From Candidatus Pacearchaeota archaeon (GTDB lineage: Archaea > Nanobdellota > Nanobdellia > Pacearchaeales > GW2011-AR1), in the NCBI GenBank assembly GCA_018304175.1, contig JAGVWT010000001.1, positions 1 through 63,194 on the forward strand: a stretch of DNA of 63,194 nucleotides, written 5' to 3'. The first letter of the stretch is position 1, and every line of letters starts with the position of its first letter. Below, piece after piece: positions 15,640-24,831 of the stretch. Both the position numbers and the translations under genes were made by a program. Under the pieces are notes generated by a model. It had not been told where the DNA came from. It was given only the letters and a program-made list of their open reading frames with translations, and ran no database searches.

Positions 15640-15799
15640 TACGCCGTCACCAGGAATTGTAAGGAAACGGCGTTTCCTTGACATTCAACTTTCCCTCGAT
15701 ACTGAAACCAACTTCTAAACCCCTTGACGAAGTTGAGTTTAAACTGCTTTACGTGGTGACTGCAAAATTTTCAATTTTGATTACGCCGTCACCAGGAAT
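15640..15799. repeat. 18-bp direct repeat of the tRNA-Ser 3' end flanking a 124-bp insert (att-like)
   Basis: TACGCCGTCACCAGGAAT is identical at 15640-15657 and 15782-15799. Confidence 0.9.
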
Positions 15800-15865
15800 C
15801 GAACCTGGATGCCCGTGAGGGCCCTGGGCTCAAACCAGGTGGAATACCATTCTCCGCATGACGGC
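15784..15865 (-). tRNA. tRNA-Ser (TGA)
   Basis: GCCGTCA/TGACGGC acceptor, G discriminator, CCTGG-TT-TGA-GC-CCAGG anticodon arm, long variable arm GCCC-TCAC-GGGC, CCAGG-TTCGATT-CCTGG; D arm slightly irregular. Confidence 0.88.
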
Positions 15866-15901
15866 ATATTAATCAAGAACTAGCATTAATTAAAAAGATT
15901 T

Positions 15902-16222
15902 CTATGAGAAAAAGTTCCTAAATTTCCTAAAAAATTCCTTGATTGCAAATGGATTTCTCGTACTTATTCTTATTGGGTTGTTATTTTTATCATAAATTTC
16001 ATACGTTATCTTCGGCTTTTCTTTATCAGCAATATTTTTCTTTGATGTTTCCTCCAATTCCTTTTGCACCTCAATAATTGCTCTATCAACATCAGTTCTC
16101 GTATAGCCTTGAGAAACCAAAGCCCATTTCAAAGAGTCTGCGTTGTACCCTTTTGAAAGGTTTCTCCTTAAGTAATCAACTAATTTCTTCCTGTAGCTTA
16201 TATCTTTGATATCTTTCATCAA
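15902..16222 (-). CDS. conserved hypothetical protein
   Basis: 106 aa; LVDYLRRNLSKGY..DSLKWALVSQGY helical motif. Confidence 0.65.
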   Translation of the reverse strand: MMKDIKDISYRKKLVDYLRRNLSKGYNADSLKWALVSQGYTRTDVDRAIIEVQKELEETSKKNIADKEKPKITYEIYDKNNNPIRISTRNPFAIKEFFRKFRNFFS

Positions 16223-16252
16223 ATATTAAAGAGTAAGAAGTTTAAAAATATT

Positions 16253-17740
16253 TCAATGCCTGATTTTTATTGTTTTATTATTGTAATAAAATTTTAATGC
16301 TTCATTAAGCCTGTTTTCTGTTTCGGCATAAAGAGTTAACAATGTGTCTCTCTTACTGATTTTCTCACCAACCTTAAAGTTTAGGTATATTCCTGAAGAT
16401 TTGTCTCCTGGACATCCTAGAATTCTAGCCAAAGTAACTATATCTTTGTTGTTTATCTCCTTTATTTTTCCGTTGGTTTTGGCAGAAATGTTTTTTTTGA
16501 ATCTTGAAGGTTTTATTTTTTTAAAACTTCCGTTCTGTGCTTTTATTATTTGTTTAAATTTTTCAAACGCCTTTCCAGAATTTAATATCTCCTGCGCCAT
16601 TTTTCTCCCCTTTCCTTGTTTTGCTTTTCCAGTTATTTCAAATATCTTACCTGCAAGAAAAAGAGATTTGTCTTCTAAGTCTTTAGGCCCCCTACTCTTT
16701 GGATCTAAGATATTTATTATATCAATTAATTCCAAAGCTGGCCCTATCCCTCTTCCTATCGGCTGACTGCCTTCTGTCAAAACAATTTCTATTTTTTTAT
16801 GAAAATGTTTAGCAAGGTCTGTAAATTTTCTTTTCAGTTTTTCTGCTTTCTTTTTCGTTACTTTAGTATTTTTTCCGTAGGGAATATCAATTAAGATATA
16901 TCTGCTTCCGACGGCAATTTTTTTCGCCATTATTGAAGCTATCATTTGTGATTCAGGGTCTATTTTTAATTTTTTTTCAATCCTTATTATCTTTGAATCT
17001 GCCGGAACTAAATCTAAGGAACCACCCCACACTAAAAACGCGTTTGTTTTCCTGATAATTTCTTTAAGTTCTTTTATACTAAATTCAACATCAGCTATTG
17101 CTTCAATAACATCCGCTGTTCCGGCTTCGCTCGTTATAGCTCTTGATGAAGTTTTTGGGAATATTAATCCGCCGGCGGCACATATAGAGACTACTAACGG
17201 CGTTGTCCTATTTCCAGGAACTCCCCCTATCGAATGTTTATCGACAACAAATTCACTTTTCAGACTCAGCCTATTTCCATGCGATAATATTGACTCTATC
17301 ATGCTGATAAGTTCTCTCTCATTCATTCCATTCAAAGACATTCCTGCCACAAACAAAGATATTTCCGGCCCAGATATTGAATTGTTTATTATGTCATGAA
17401 TGATTTGGTCTATTTCCTTTTTGGTAATTGTTTTGTTGTAAAGTTTTTTCTTTATATAAGAAAGACTCTCACTTTCAGGAGAGATGTTAACATCAACAAC
17501 CTGCCCTTTTTTCAAATTCATCCTCTTTCTAACTTCAGTGGAGATAAGAACTTCATTTTCTTCCACAAGATTTCCTTCAACTGTATCAACAGAAGAAAAA
17601 GTTTTATGGATATGTCCTTCAAGGGTTTTAATTAAGATTATACCTTCGGTGTCAACTCCCAATTTAATTGCTGTCTCTCTGTTAAGCATGGAAACAGGTA
17701 AGCCTGCTGTCCACTTTGAAAATTTTACTTTTAACCTCAT
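16253..17740 (-). CDS. deoA: AMP phosphorylase (thymidine phosphorylase family, archaeal long form)
   Basis: VDKHSIGGVPGNRTT, KTSSRAITSEAGTAD, QPIGRGIGPALE; N-terminal extension typical of AMP phosphorylases. Confidence 0.9.
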   Translation of the reverse strand: MRLKVKFSKWTAGLPVSMLNRETAIKLGVDTEGIILIKTLEGHIHKTFSSVDTVEGNLVEENEVLISTEVRKRMNLKKGQVVDVNISPESESLSYIKKKLYNKTITKKEIDQIIHDIINNSISGPEISLFVAGMSLNGMNERELISMIESILSHGNRLSLKSEFVVDKHSIGGVPGNRTTPLVVSICAAGGLIFPKTSSRAITSEAGTADVIEAIADVEFSIKELKEIIRKTNAFLVWGGSLDLVPADSKIIRIEKKLKIDPESQMIASIMAKKIAVGSRYILIDIPYGKNTKVTKKKAEKLKRKFTDLAKHFHKKIEIVLTEGSQPIGRGIGPALELIDIINILDPKSRGPKDLEDKSLFLAGKIFEITGKAKQGKGRKMAQEILNSGKAFEKFKQIIKAQNGSFKKIKPSRFKKNISAKTNGKIKEINNKDIVTLARILGCPGDKSSGIYLNFKVGEKISKRDTLLTLYAETENRLNEALKFYYNNKTIKIRH

Positions 17741-17749
17741 TTAACACCT

Positions 17750-18790
17750 TTATTGATTATTTGGTTGAATAAAAACTCCGTTAATATTCTTTCCTCTATA
17801 AGCTTCTATTATTATGAATAGATATGCTATAACTAAAGGACCTAAAATAAATCCTATTAATCCAAAAATAAATAATCCTCCAATCATCCCAATAACTAAA
17901 ATCAATGGATGTATCCTCGTCATTCTGGAAACAAGCAATGGGCGCAGTATATTTTCAACTGTGCTAGAAATTATTCCAAATACAGCAACACCAAGTGCAG
18001 GAACATTATCTCCTGCAATAAAAAGAAAAACTGTAACTGGAAACCAAACAATTATTGTCCCAACTATAGGTAATATTCCTGCTAACATAGCAAGAAAAGT
18101 AAGTAAGAAAGCGTTATTTATTCCGAATATAAAAAATCCTAATCCTGCGATAATTCCTTGAACTATTCCAATCAAAACTTGCCCATAAACAACAGAAAAA
18201 GTTATTTCCCTTGATGATTTAAATAATTTTTCTTCAACATCCTTTGGGAATGGATTAAGTGTTTGCAAATAGTGAATAATTCTATCGCTGTCCCTCAATA
18301 CATAAAAAAAGGTAAAGAAAACAATGAATAACTGCATCATTACTAGAGGGAAATTTAATATAACTTCAGAAAATGAGTTAACAAGCGAATTCGCGGTTTT
18401 TGTTATAAAGGATTGAGATATAGAAGCAATCTCGTTAGAAACCTGACCTGATTCAAACAGCGACGGGAAAATGGATTTTAGCGGAGTGACAAAATCTGTT
18501 TTTTGGATTACTTGATATATTGAAAAAGCCTGTTCCAGGAATATTGGTGTAAAAAACCAGATTGGGAGTATTATCAGTAAAATTAAAAGAAAACATATTA
18601 TTCCTGCGGACAAGCTCTGCACTTTTATATATTTATTAACAAAAAGATATAATGGAAAAAAAACTACTGCAAGTATGACCCCCATAATTATTGAGAGTAA
18701 AATTGGCTTTAAGATTAGGAAAGATAAAATCAATAAAACCACAAGAACTCCAGTTATTGTTATCCTTCTTAAATAGTCGTTGTCCATCAA
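17750..18790 (-). CDS. AI-2E family transporter (UPF0118/PerM)
   Basis: 346 aa, about 8 TM; P.VG...VW.P and GG...FG..G.ILGP motifs. Confidence 0.9.
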   Translation of the reverse strand: MMDNDYLRRITITGVLVVLLILSFLILKPILLSIIMGVILAVVFFPLYLFVNKYIKVQSLSAGIICFLLILLIILPIWFFTPIFLEQAFSIYQVIQKTDFVTPLKSIFPSLFESGQVSNEIASISQSFITKTANSLVNSFSEVILNFPLVMMQLFIVFFTFFYVLRDSDRIIHYLQTLNPFPKDVEEKLFKSSREITFSVVYGQVLIGIVQGIIAGLGFFIFGINNAFLLTFLAMLAGILPIVGTIIVWFPVTVFLFIAGDNVPALGVAVFGIISSTVENILRPLLVSRMTRIHPLILVIGMIGGLFIFGLIGFILGPLVIAYLFIIIEAYRGKNINGVFIQPNNQ

Positions 18791-18862
18791 TTTGAATTGA
18801 GTTCAAAATTTATAAATTTATGTAATACTAAAATTTATAAGTAGAAATTTGTAGGATAAGAT

Positions 18863-19567
18863 ATGAATTTTATAAAAAAGATTTTTGATGATCAAATTGA
18901 TGATGAAGTTCATTCACAATTTCAGAAGTTTAGTAGGGGAGAATTCAAAAACAGAGCGATAGTTGAAGTGAAAAATTCTAACGGAAAGTACTCAATCAAG
19001 ACTTCTGCAGAATTTGCCAACGAACTTGTCAAAACCATCGCAGAAAAGCTTGGAGATAAAAAAACATTAGTAACTGGAGCTATTGTTTCTACGATGAATA
19101 TTGAAAACGACATAGAGTTTAAAGATAAAAAACAATTCCAAGGGGTAAAAAGGTACTTAATTGAGAATGAGGTATCTGGAAAAGATATTCTTAAATTAAT
19201 GGAAAAGTATCCAAAAGCATTTTTTGCACTGAGTTTTTCTGCAGAAGATACTGAATTGAAAATAAAACCAAAAGCTGCAAAATCAGCGAAGCCAAGTGTA
19301 AAAGAAGAGGCACCAAAGGCTGATTTCTGCTCCATTAAAACTAGTGATAGAAAGATTGCTGAAAGTTTTGTCTTTGATAGTCAAAGCTTCAAAAGTGCAA
19401 TGATAAGCCATGATTTCATCATAAACGAGATAGTTATTCCAAACGAATTAAAGAAAGAAAAAGATTTCTCAAAAATTCGAGAAATAGCTAAAAGGAAAGG
19501 TAAGATAATTAGGCATTTAAAAATTGACGGCAAGGAAATGAGAAAAGAGAAAGGATTTGAAGCATAA
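18863..19567 (+). CDS. conserved hypothetical protein
   Basis: 234 aa soluble, Lys-rich; no family recognised. Confidence 0.7.
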   Translation: MNFIKKIFDDQIDDEVHSQFQKFSRGEFKNRAIVEVKNSNGKYSIKTSAEFANELVKTIAEKLGDKKTLVTGAIVSTMNIENDIEFKDKKQFQGVKRYLIENEVSGKDILKLMEKYPKAFFALSFSAEDTELKIKPKAAKSAKPSVKEEAPKADFCSIKTSDRKIAESFVFDSQSFKSAMISHDFIINEIVIPNELKKEKDFSKIREIAKRKGKIIRHLKIDGKEMRKEKGFEA

Positions 19568-19577
19568 ATAGAAGTTT

Positions 19578-20345
19578 TTAATTTTTCGTAAAAATAAAAT
19601 TTCTTGAATCAAGTATTTTTTTGTTAAAAAAACCAGATTTTGCTAGAAATTCCTTTATTGGCTTTTCCTTTTTTTTATCTGTTATCTCTACTATTAACGT
19701 CGGTGAACCTCTTTTGAGTGTATTTAATGCTCCCTTCAAAACATTTAACTCAAAACCTTCAACATCAATTTTTATGACATCTATAGAATTTGGACTCAGG
19801 TTAAGATTATTACAGATAGTATCTAGTTTTTTTACTTTAATTTTTTCTTTTCTTGCGTTTTCTTTTTTCACAAGAGAACTCAACCCTTCGTTTTGAGGAA
19901 CAGAATATAATGTAGCATTTTCATTTTTATCAGAACAACCATATCCTATAATTGTTATTTTATCTTGCAAATTGTTTAACTTTACATTTTTTTTCAATTG
20001 TTCTAAAGTATATTTATTTGGCTCTATAGAAATGACCTTAGAACCTCTTTTAGCTAGAATTATGGAAAACCTTCCTATGTGCGCTCCGACATCAACTAAA
20101 ATTTTTGGTTTTAATTTCAATAATAAATTTGTAGTTTTTCTTTCGTAAAAATTTGATAAATGGGCAATGTCCATGCTTTTTTCCCTCGCTATAAATTTAG
20201 CGCCTTTTAGTCTAACTACTGCTTTTGGAAATTCTACTTTACGCCTTAGCCTATATAATAATACAGCTTTTATGTACTGAAAGTAATCTGTTCTTATCTG
20301 GAACAACACTGTAAAATACTTCAAAGATTCATCAATTTTTGTCAT
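19578..20345 (-). CDS. FkbM family SAM-dependent methyltransferase
   Basis: VDVGAHIGRFS, VISIEPN, IKIDVEGFELNVLKGA, P.LIVEI. Confidence 0.92.
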   Translation of the reverse strand: MTKIDESLKYFTVLFQIRTDYFQYIKAVLLYRLRRKVEFPKAVVRLKGAKFIAREKSMDIAHLSNFYERKTTNLLLKLKPKILVDVGAHIGRFSIILAKRGSKVISIEPNKYTLEQLKKNVKLNNLQDKITIIGYGCSDKNENATLYSVPQNEGLSSLVKKENARKEKIKVKKLDTICNNLNLSPNSIDVIKIDVEGFELNVLKGALNTLKRGSPTLIVEITDKKKEKPIKEFLAKSGFFNKKILDSRNFIFTKN

Positions 20346-20460
20346 AAAGAATTACGATATTCTCGGTTTTTATAATTTCTGCCCCTTAAAAAACCTTTTA
20401 AACCTACTTTTTCTATGTATTTTGTTCCAGGACTTAAAATGTTATCCGCATTATTAAGAA

Positions 20461-21414
20461 ATGCCTACAAGAAAATCACCAAGAAAGGGAAGTTTGCAGT
20501 TTTGGCCGAGGAAAAGGGCCAGAAAATTTCTGCCTAGTGTAAACTGGGATGTAATTAGTTCTGGGAAAAATCTCAATGGATTTTTATGCTACAAAGCTGG
20601 AATGGTCTCTGTTTCAGCCAAAGACAATACACCTAATTCTCTTATGAAAGGGAAAAAAATTGTCATTCCATGTACGATTCTTGAATGTCCCCCAATGAAG
20701 ATACTATCAATAAGGTTCTACAAAAACGGAAATGTTGTAAATGAATTTTTGGTTGAAAATATTGATAAAGAATTAAAAAGAAAGATAAGAATTCCAAAAG
20801 CAAAAAAACAAGACCTGAGTTATTTTGAAAAAAAAGATAATTATGATGATGTAAGAATAATCGTTTATTCTCAGGTAAAAAAAACAGGGATAAAAAAAAC
20901 ACCTGATTTAAGCGAGATAGGGCTTTCTGGAACTTTGGACGAAAAAATAAATTTTGTCAGGGAGAATTTGATTAAAGAAATTTCTGTTTTGGATGTTTTT
21001 GAAAAGGGGCAGTTGGTTGATTTAAGAGGTTTAACAAAAGGCCAGGGATTGCAAGGACCTGTTAAAAGATTTGGAATTACATTAAAATCTCACAAATCAG
21101 AAAAAGGACGAAGGCGTCCTGGAAGTTTAGGGCCTTGGCATCCAGCACGTGTTACATTCAGAGCCCCAATGGCTGGACAGATGGGAATGTATACAAGAAA
21201 TGTTTACAACAACAAAATAATTGATTTGGGAAAATCAGAGAATAAAGAAGAATTAAAAGGAATAAAGAATTTTGGAGATGTAAAAACAGATTATATAATT
21301 GTTAGGGGAAGTGTACAAGGACCTTCAAAAAGACAACTCATAATGACCTCTCCTTTAAGAAAAACTAAAAAGCAGTCAAAAAAGAATTTTGACTTATTGG
21401 AGATTATAAGATGA
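20461..21414 (+). CDS. rpl3: 50S ribosomal protein uL3
   Basis: PRKGSLQFWPRKRA, YKAGM, GPVKRFG, GSLGPWHP. Confidence 0.97.
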   Translation: MPTRKSPRKGSLQFWPRKRARKFLPSVNWDVISSGKNLNGFLCYKAGMVSVSAKDNTPNSLMKGKKIVIPCTILECPPMKILSIRFYKNGNVVNEFLVENIDKELKRKIRIPKAKKQDLSYFEKKDNYDDVRIIVYSQVKKTGIKKTPDLSEIGLSGTLDEKINFVRENLIKEISVLDVFEKGQLVDLRGLTKGQGLQGPVKRFGITLKSHKSEKGRRRPGSLGPWHPARVTFRAPMAGQMGMYTRNVYNNKIIDLGKSENKEELKGIKNFGDVKTDYIIVRGSVQGPSKRQLIMTSPLRKTKKQSKKNFDLLEIIR

Positions 21415-21470
21415 AAGTGAATCAAAGATTTTTATTTATCCGAATTAAATTTATGAGACAATTCAGATGA
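21411..21470 (+). CDS. candidate 19-aa bridging mini-ORF between rpl3 and rpl4
   Basis: MKVNQRFLFIRIKFMRQFR; ATGA overlaps with both the rpl3 stop (21411-14) and the rpl4 start (21467-70). Confidence 0.4.
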   Translation: MKVNQRFLFIRIKFMRQFR

Positions 21471-22270
21471 AAGCAAACATTTTGTCTATTGAAGGGGAAA
21501 AAATTAAGGAAATTACATTGCCAGAATATTTCTCTGAAAAAATAAGAGAAGACATAATCTCAAAAGTTCTTGAAGCAAAAAAAATAAGACAGCCTTACGC
21601 TCCAATGTTTGAGGCTGGAATGCAATATTCTGCAAGCGGAAAAATAAGACACAGAAGGCATGTTTGGAAAGGACATTATGGAAAAGGTGTTTCAAGAGTT
21701 CCAAGAAAAATTATGTCCAAAAGAGGTTCTAATTTTGTATGGGAAGGTGCGACAATTCCCGGAGCAAGAGGAGGAAGAAGAGCTCATCCTCCAAAAATTT
21801 TGTCAATAATAAAAAGAAAAAAACTTAACAAAAGAGAAATGAAGATGGCATTGAGTTCAGCATTAAGTGCAACCGCAAATGAAAAAGAGATACGCAAGAA
21901 ATATTCCAGCTTAAATAATTTTAAGGGAAAAGACCTTCCGTTTATAGTTGAATCAAAAATGGCTTCACTCAAAACAAAAGACTTATTTATAAGTTTAAAA
22001 AAAATTCTCGGAGAAGATCTTTTTGGAGTTGCATTAAAAAAGAAGAATGTCAGAAGCGGAAAAGGAAAAATGAGGGGGAGAAAATATAAGGCAAGCGCCG
22101 GATTGCTTATAGTAATTGGAAAAAATGAAAAAATGAAAGCAAATGCGTTTGACAGTTCAAACACTGAAAATTTGAGTGTTATAGATTTGGCTGAAGGAGG
22201 CCAGGGGAGATTAACAATTTACACAGAGCAAGCAATCAATGAATTAAATAAAAAACTAGGAGAAAAATAA
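21467..22270 (+). CDS. rpl4: 50S ribosomal protein uL4
   Basis: YGKGVSRVPR, GARGGRRAHPPK, GKGKMRGRKY, LAEGGQGRLTIYT. Confidence 0.97.
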   Translation: MKANILSIEGEKIKEITLPEYFSEKIREDIISKVLEAKKIRQPYAPMFEAGMQYSASGKIRHRRHVWKGHYGKGVSRVPRKIMSKRGSNFVWEGATIPGARGGRRAHPPKILSIIKRKKLNKREMKMALSSALSATANEKEIRKKYSSLNNFKGKDLPFIVESKMASLKTKDLFISLKKILGEDLFGVALKKKNVRSGKGKMRGRKYKASAGLLIVIGKNEKMKANAFDSSNTENLSVIDLAEGGQGRLTIYTEQAINELNKKLGEK

Positions 22271-22926
22271 TGGAACCAATAGCTTTAGATATTGAAACTT
22301 CTGGACTCGACAAAGTTAAGTGTGGAATCTGGCAGATAGGAGCAATTGATTTGAATAATCCAAAAAATTATTTTTTGGAAGAAGGAAGAATTGATGATGA
22401 AGATGTAATTGAAGAAGACGCATTAAAAATAATAGGGAAAACAAATGATTACTTGAGAAATCCTAAAAAAAAGTCACAGAAAGAATTAATCAATAACTTT
22501 TTCGTATGGATGGGAAAAATGCCCGTTAGGAATTTATTATGTCAAAATCCGCAATTTGACCTAACGTTTATAGAAATGAAAGCAAAAAAATATGGATTAA
22601 AGAAAACTTTCCAGCACAGAGCATTTGACCTTCACAGTATCGCGCAAGTAGTTTACAGAGTAATTAATGGTGATTTTCTTTTCAAGGAAGAAAAAGGAAC
22701 ATTTAGAAAAGAGTCTGACATGAATCTTACAAATATCTTGAATTTTTGCGGGCTTCCTGATAAAAGAATCTTACTTGGAAATGAAGGATTGATTAAAGAA
22801 GGTGAGCCACATAATGCACTTAATGACTGCAAACTTGCAGGCGAATGTTTTTATAGAGTACTAAATGGAAAGAATCTTTTTCCAGAATTTTCGCAGTATG
22901 AAATTCCGGGAGTATTAAGAAAATGA
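22270..22926 (+). CDS. DEDDh 3'-5' exonuclease (DnaQ/RNase T-like)
   Basis: ExoI DIETSG, ExoII QNPQFD, ExoIII HNALNDC; TAATG and ATGA overlaps with rpl4 and rpl23. Confidence 0.88.
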   Translation: MEPIALDIETSGLDKVKCGIWQIGAIDLNNPKNYFLEEGRIDDEDVIEEDALKIIGKTNDYLRNPKKKSQKELINNFFVWMGKMPVRNLLCQNPQFDLTFIEMKAKKYGLKKTFQHRAFDLHSIAQVVYRVINGDFLFKEEKGTFRKESDMNLTNILNFCGLPDKRILLGNEGLIKEGEPHNALNDCKLAGECFYRVLNGKNLFPEFSQYEIPGVLRK

Positions 22927-23165
22927 ACTTGAAGCCAATAACAACTGAAAAAGCAGTTATGCTGATTGAAAGAGAAAACGTTCTAGTTTTTGAAATGGAA
23001 AAAAGCGCAACAAAAAGCCAGATAAAAAAAGAGGTTGAAGACTTGTTTAATGTGAAGGTTGAAAAAGTTAGGACAATGATAAATGGAAATAAAAAAAATG
23101 CTTATGTTAAATTAAATAAAAGTTCGCCTGCAATTGACATAGCAACTAAATTGGGAATGATATGA
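22923..23165 (+). CDS. rpl23: 50S ribosomal protein uL23
   Basis: KPITTEKA, IKKEVEDLFNVKV..VRT, KKNAYVKL. Confidence 0.95.
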   Translation: MNLKPITTEKAVMLIERENVLVFEMEKSATKSQIKKEVEDLFNVKVEKVRTMINGNKKNAYVKLNKSSPAIDIATKLGMI

Positions 23166-23166
23166 A

Positions 23167-23868
23167 ATGGGTAAAAGAATAATTCAGCAAGCGAGAGGAC
23201 ATGGAAGTGGCACTTACAGAGTTAGGAGAGGAGCATATATTTTCAAGTTAAGATATCCTGTAAACCTAAAAGGAGAAGGAACAGTAATAAAACTAATGAA
23301 CTCGATGGGGCACACAGCGCCTGTCGCGAGAATAAAACACAATGGAGAAGACTTTTACATTCCTGCATTCACAAACATGGTTGAAGGACAAAAAATAAGC
23401 TTTGAATCAAATGAAGTTAAAGATGGAAACATAATGGAATTAGACAGGATCCCAATAAAAACAAGAATTTATTGCATAGAATCAGCTCCTGGAGATGGAG
23501 GAGTATTCATAAAAACTGGAGGAAGTTCTGCTGTTTTAAACAGAAAAGTTGGAGAAGATGTTTTCGTTTTAATGCCTTCAAAAAAAGAAAAAAGATTTCA
23601 TAAGAAATGTAGAGCAATAATTGGGGTTATTGCAGGAGGAGGACGTTTGGACAAGCCATTTATTAAAGCAGGGAAAAAATATCACTTAATGAAAACAAAA
23701 GGAAAATTATGGCCAAGAACATCGGCAATAAAAGTGAATGTAGTAGACCACCCATTTGGTTCTGGACGTGGTAAAAATCCAAAGAGAAAAATCGCTAAAA
23801 GAAATGCTCCTCCTGGAAAGAAAGTAGGCCACATAAGGCCAAGAAGAACTGGAAGGAAAAAAAAATAA
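23167..23868 (+). CDS. rpl2: 50S ribosomal protein uL2
   Basis: MGKRIIQQARG, WPRTSA..VN.VDHPFGSG, PPGKKVG. Confidence 0.97.
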   Translation: MGKRIIQQARGHGSGTYRVRRGAYIFKLRYPVNLKGEGTVIKLMNSMGHTAPVARIKHNGEDFYIPAFTNMVEGQKISFESNEVKDGNIMELDRIPIKTRIYCIESAPGDGGVFIKTGGSSAVLNRKVGEDVFVLMPSKKEKRFHKKCRAIIGVIAGGGRLDKPFIKAGKKYHLMKTKGKLWPRTSAIKVNVVDHPFGSGRGKNPKRKIAKRNAPPGKKVGHIRPRRTGRKKK

Positions 23869-23889
23869 AATGAAAAATAAATTAGAAAA

Positions 23890-24282
23890 ATGGTAGAAAA
23901 AAAACAATTTACATTTAGAGGAAAAACATTGCAGGAATTAAAAGGATTAGACACAAGAGAATTTGCAAAATACCTCAAATCAAGGCAAAGGAGATTTACG
24001 CTTAGACAATTCCAGGAGATAGAAAACTTCGTAAACAGTGCTGATGATAAAATAAAAAATAAAAAACCAGTGAAAACACATAAGAGGGATTTGATAATTG
24101 TCCCAAAAATGGTTGGAATGAAAATCCAGGTTTACAATGGGAGAAATTTTATGCCTGTTGAAATAACAGAAGAAACACTCGGACATCGTCTTGGTGAATT
24201 TGCACCAACTAGGGGAAAAGTAAAGCACGGAAAAGCGGGAGTTGGTGCGACAAAAGGAACAAAAGCACAGTCTAAAAAATAA
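23890..24282 (+). CDS. rps19: 30S ribosomal protein uS19
   Basis: [25 protein letters not shown]. Confidence 0.97.
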   Translation: MVEKKQFTFRGKTLQELKGLDTREFAKYLKSRQRRFTLRQFQEIENFVNSADDKIKNKKPVKTHKRDLIIVPKMVGMKIQVYNGRNFMPVEITEETLGHRLGEFAPTRGKVKHGKAGVGATKGTKAQSKK

Positions 24283-24290
24283 ACAATAAA

Positions 24291-24830
24291 ATGACAGAAA
24301 AAAAACAAAAAACAAAGGAAGAAAAAAGCAAAATTGAAAAAGAAATAGTTGAAGCTCAAAAAACAAAAGGAGCAAAAACTCCTGAAGTAAAAAAAGAGAT
24401 TAAAAAAGAAGAAACAAAAAGCAGACACCAAGATGCCATTCGGAAGAAAAAGACAGAAGTAGTTGTAAAATTCAGCAATTTGCATATTTCAACGAAGCAT
24501 TCAATAGCAGTAAGTAAATTCATTAAAGGAAAAACAATTGAGGGCGCAATAACAGACTTAGAAAAAGTTGTCTCAATGAAAAAAGCCGTGCCGATGAAAG
24601 GAGAAATTCCACATAGGAAAGGAATGATGTCTGGGAGATACCCAAAAAAAGCAGCGGAGCACTTCATAAAAATATTAAAGTCACTATCAGCAAACGCGAA
24701 CATAAATGGGATAGAGAATCCAATAATATCCGAAGCGATATCTAACTTTGGCCAGAGGCCTTACGGAAGATTCGGAAGTGTAAGAAAAAAAAGAACTCAT
24801 GTTAAATTAATTGCAAAGGAGAAAAAATAA
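24291..24830 (+). CDS. rpl22: 50S ribosomal protein uL22 with charged N-terminal extension
   Basis: ISTKHSIAVSKFIKGK, AVPMKGEIPHRKG, GRYPKKAA. Confidence 0.93.
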   Translation: MTEKKQKTKEEKSKIEKEIVEAQKTKGAKTPEVKKEIKKEETKSRHQDAIRKKKTEVVVKFSNLHISTKHSIAVSKFIKGKTIEGAITDLEKVVSMKKAVPMKGEIPHRKGMMSGRYPKKAAEHFIKILKSLSANANINGIENPIISEAISNFGQRPYGRFGSVRKKRTHVKLIAKEKK

Positions 24831-24831
24831 A

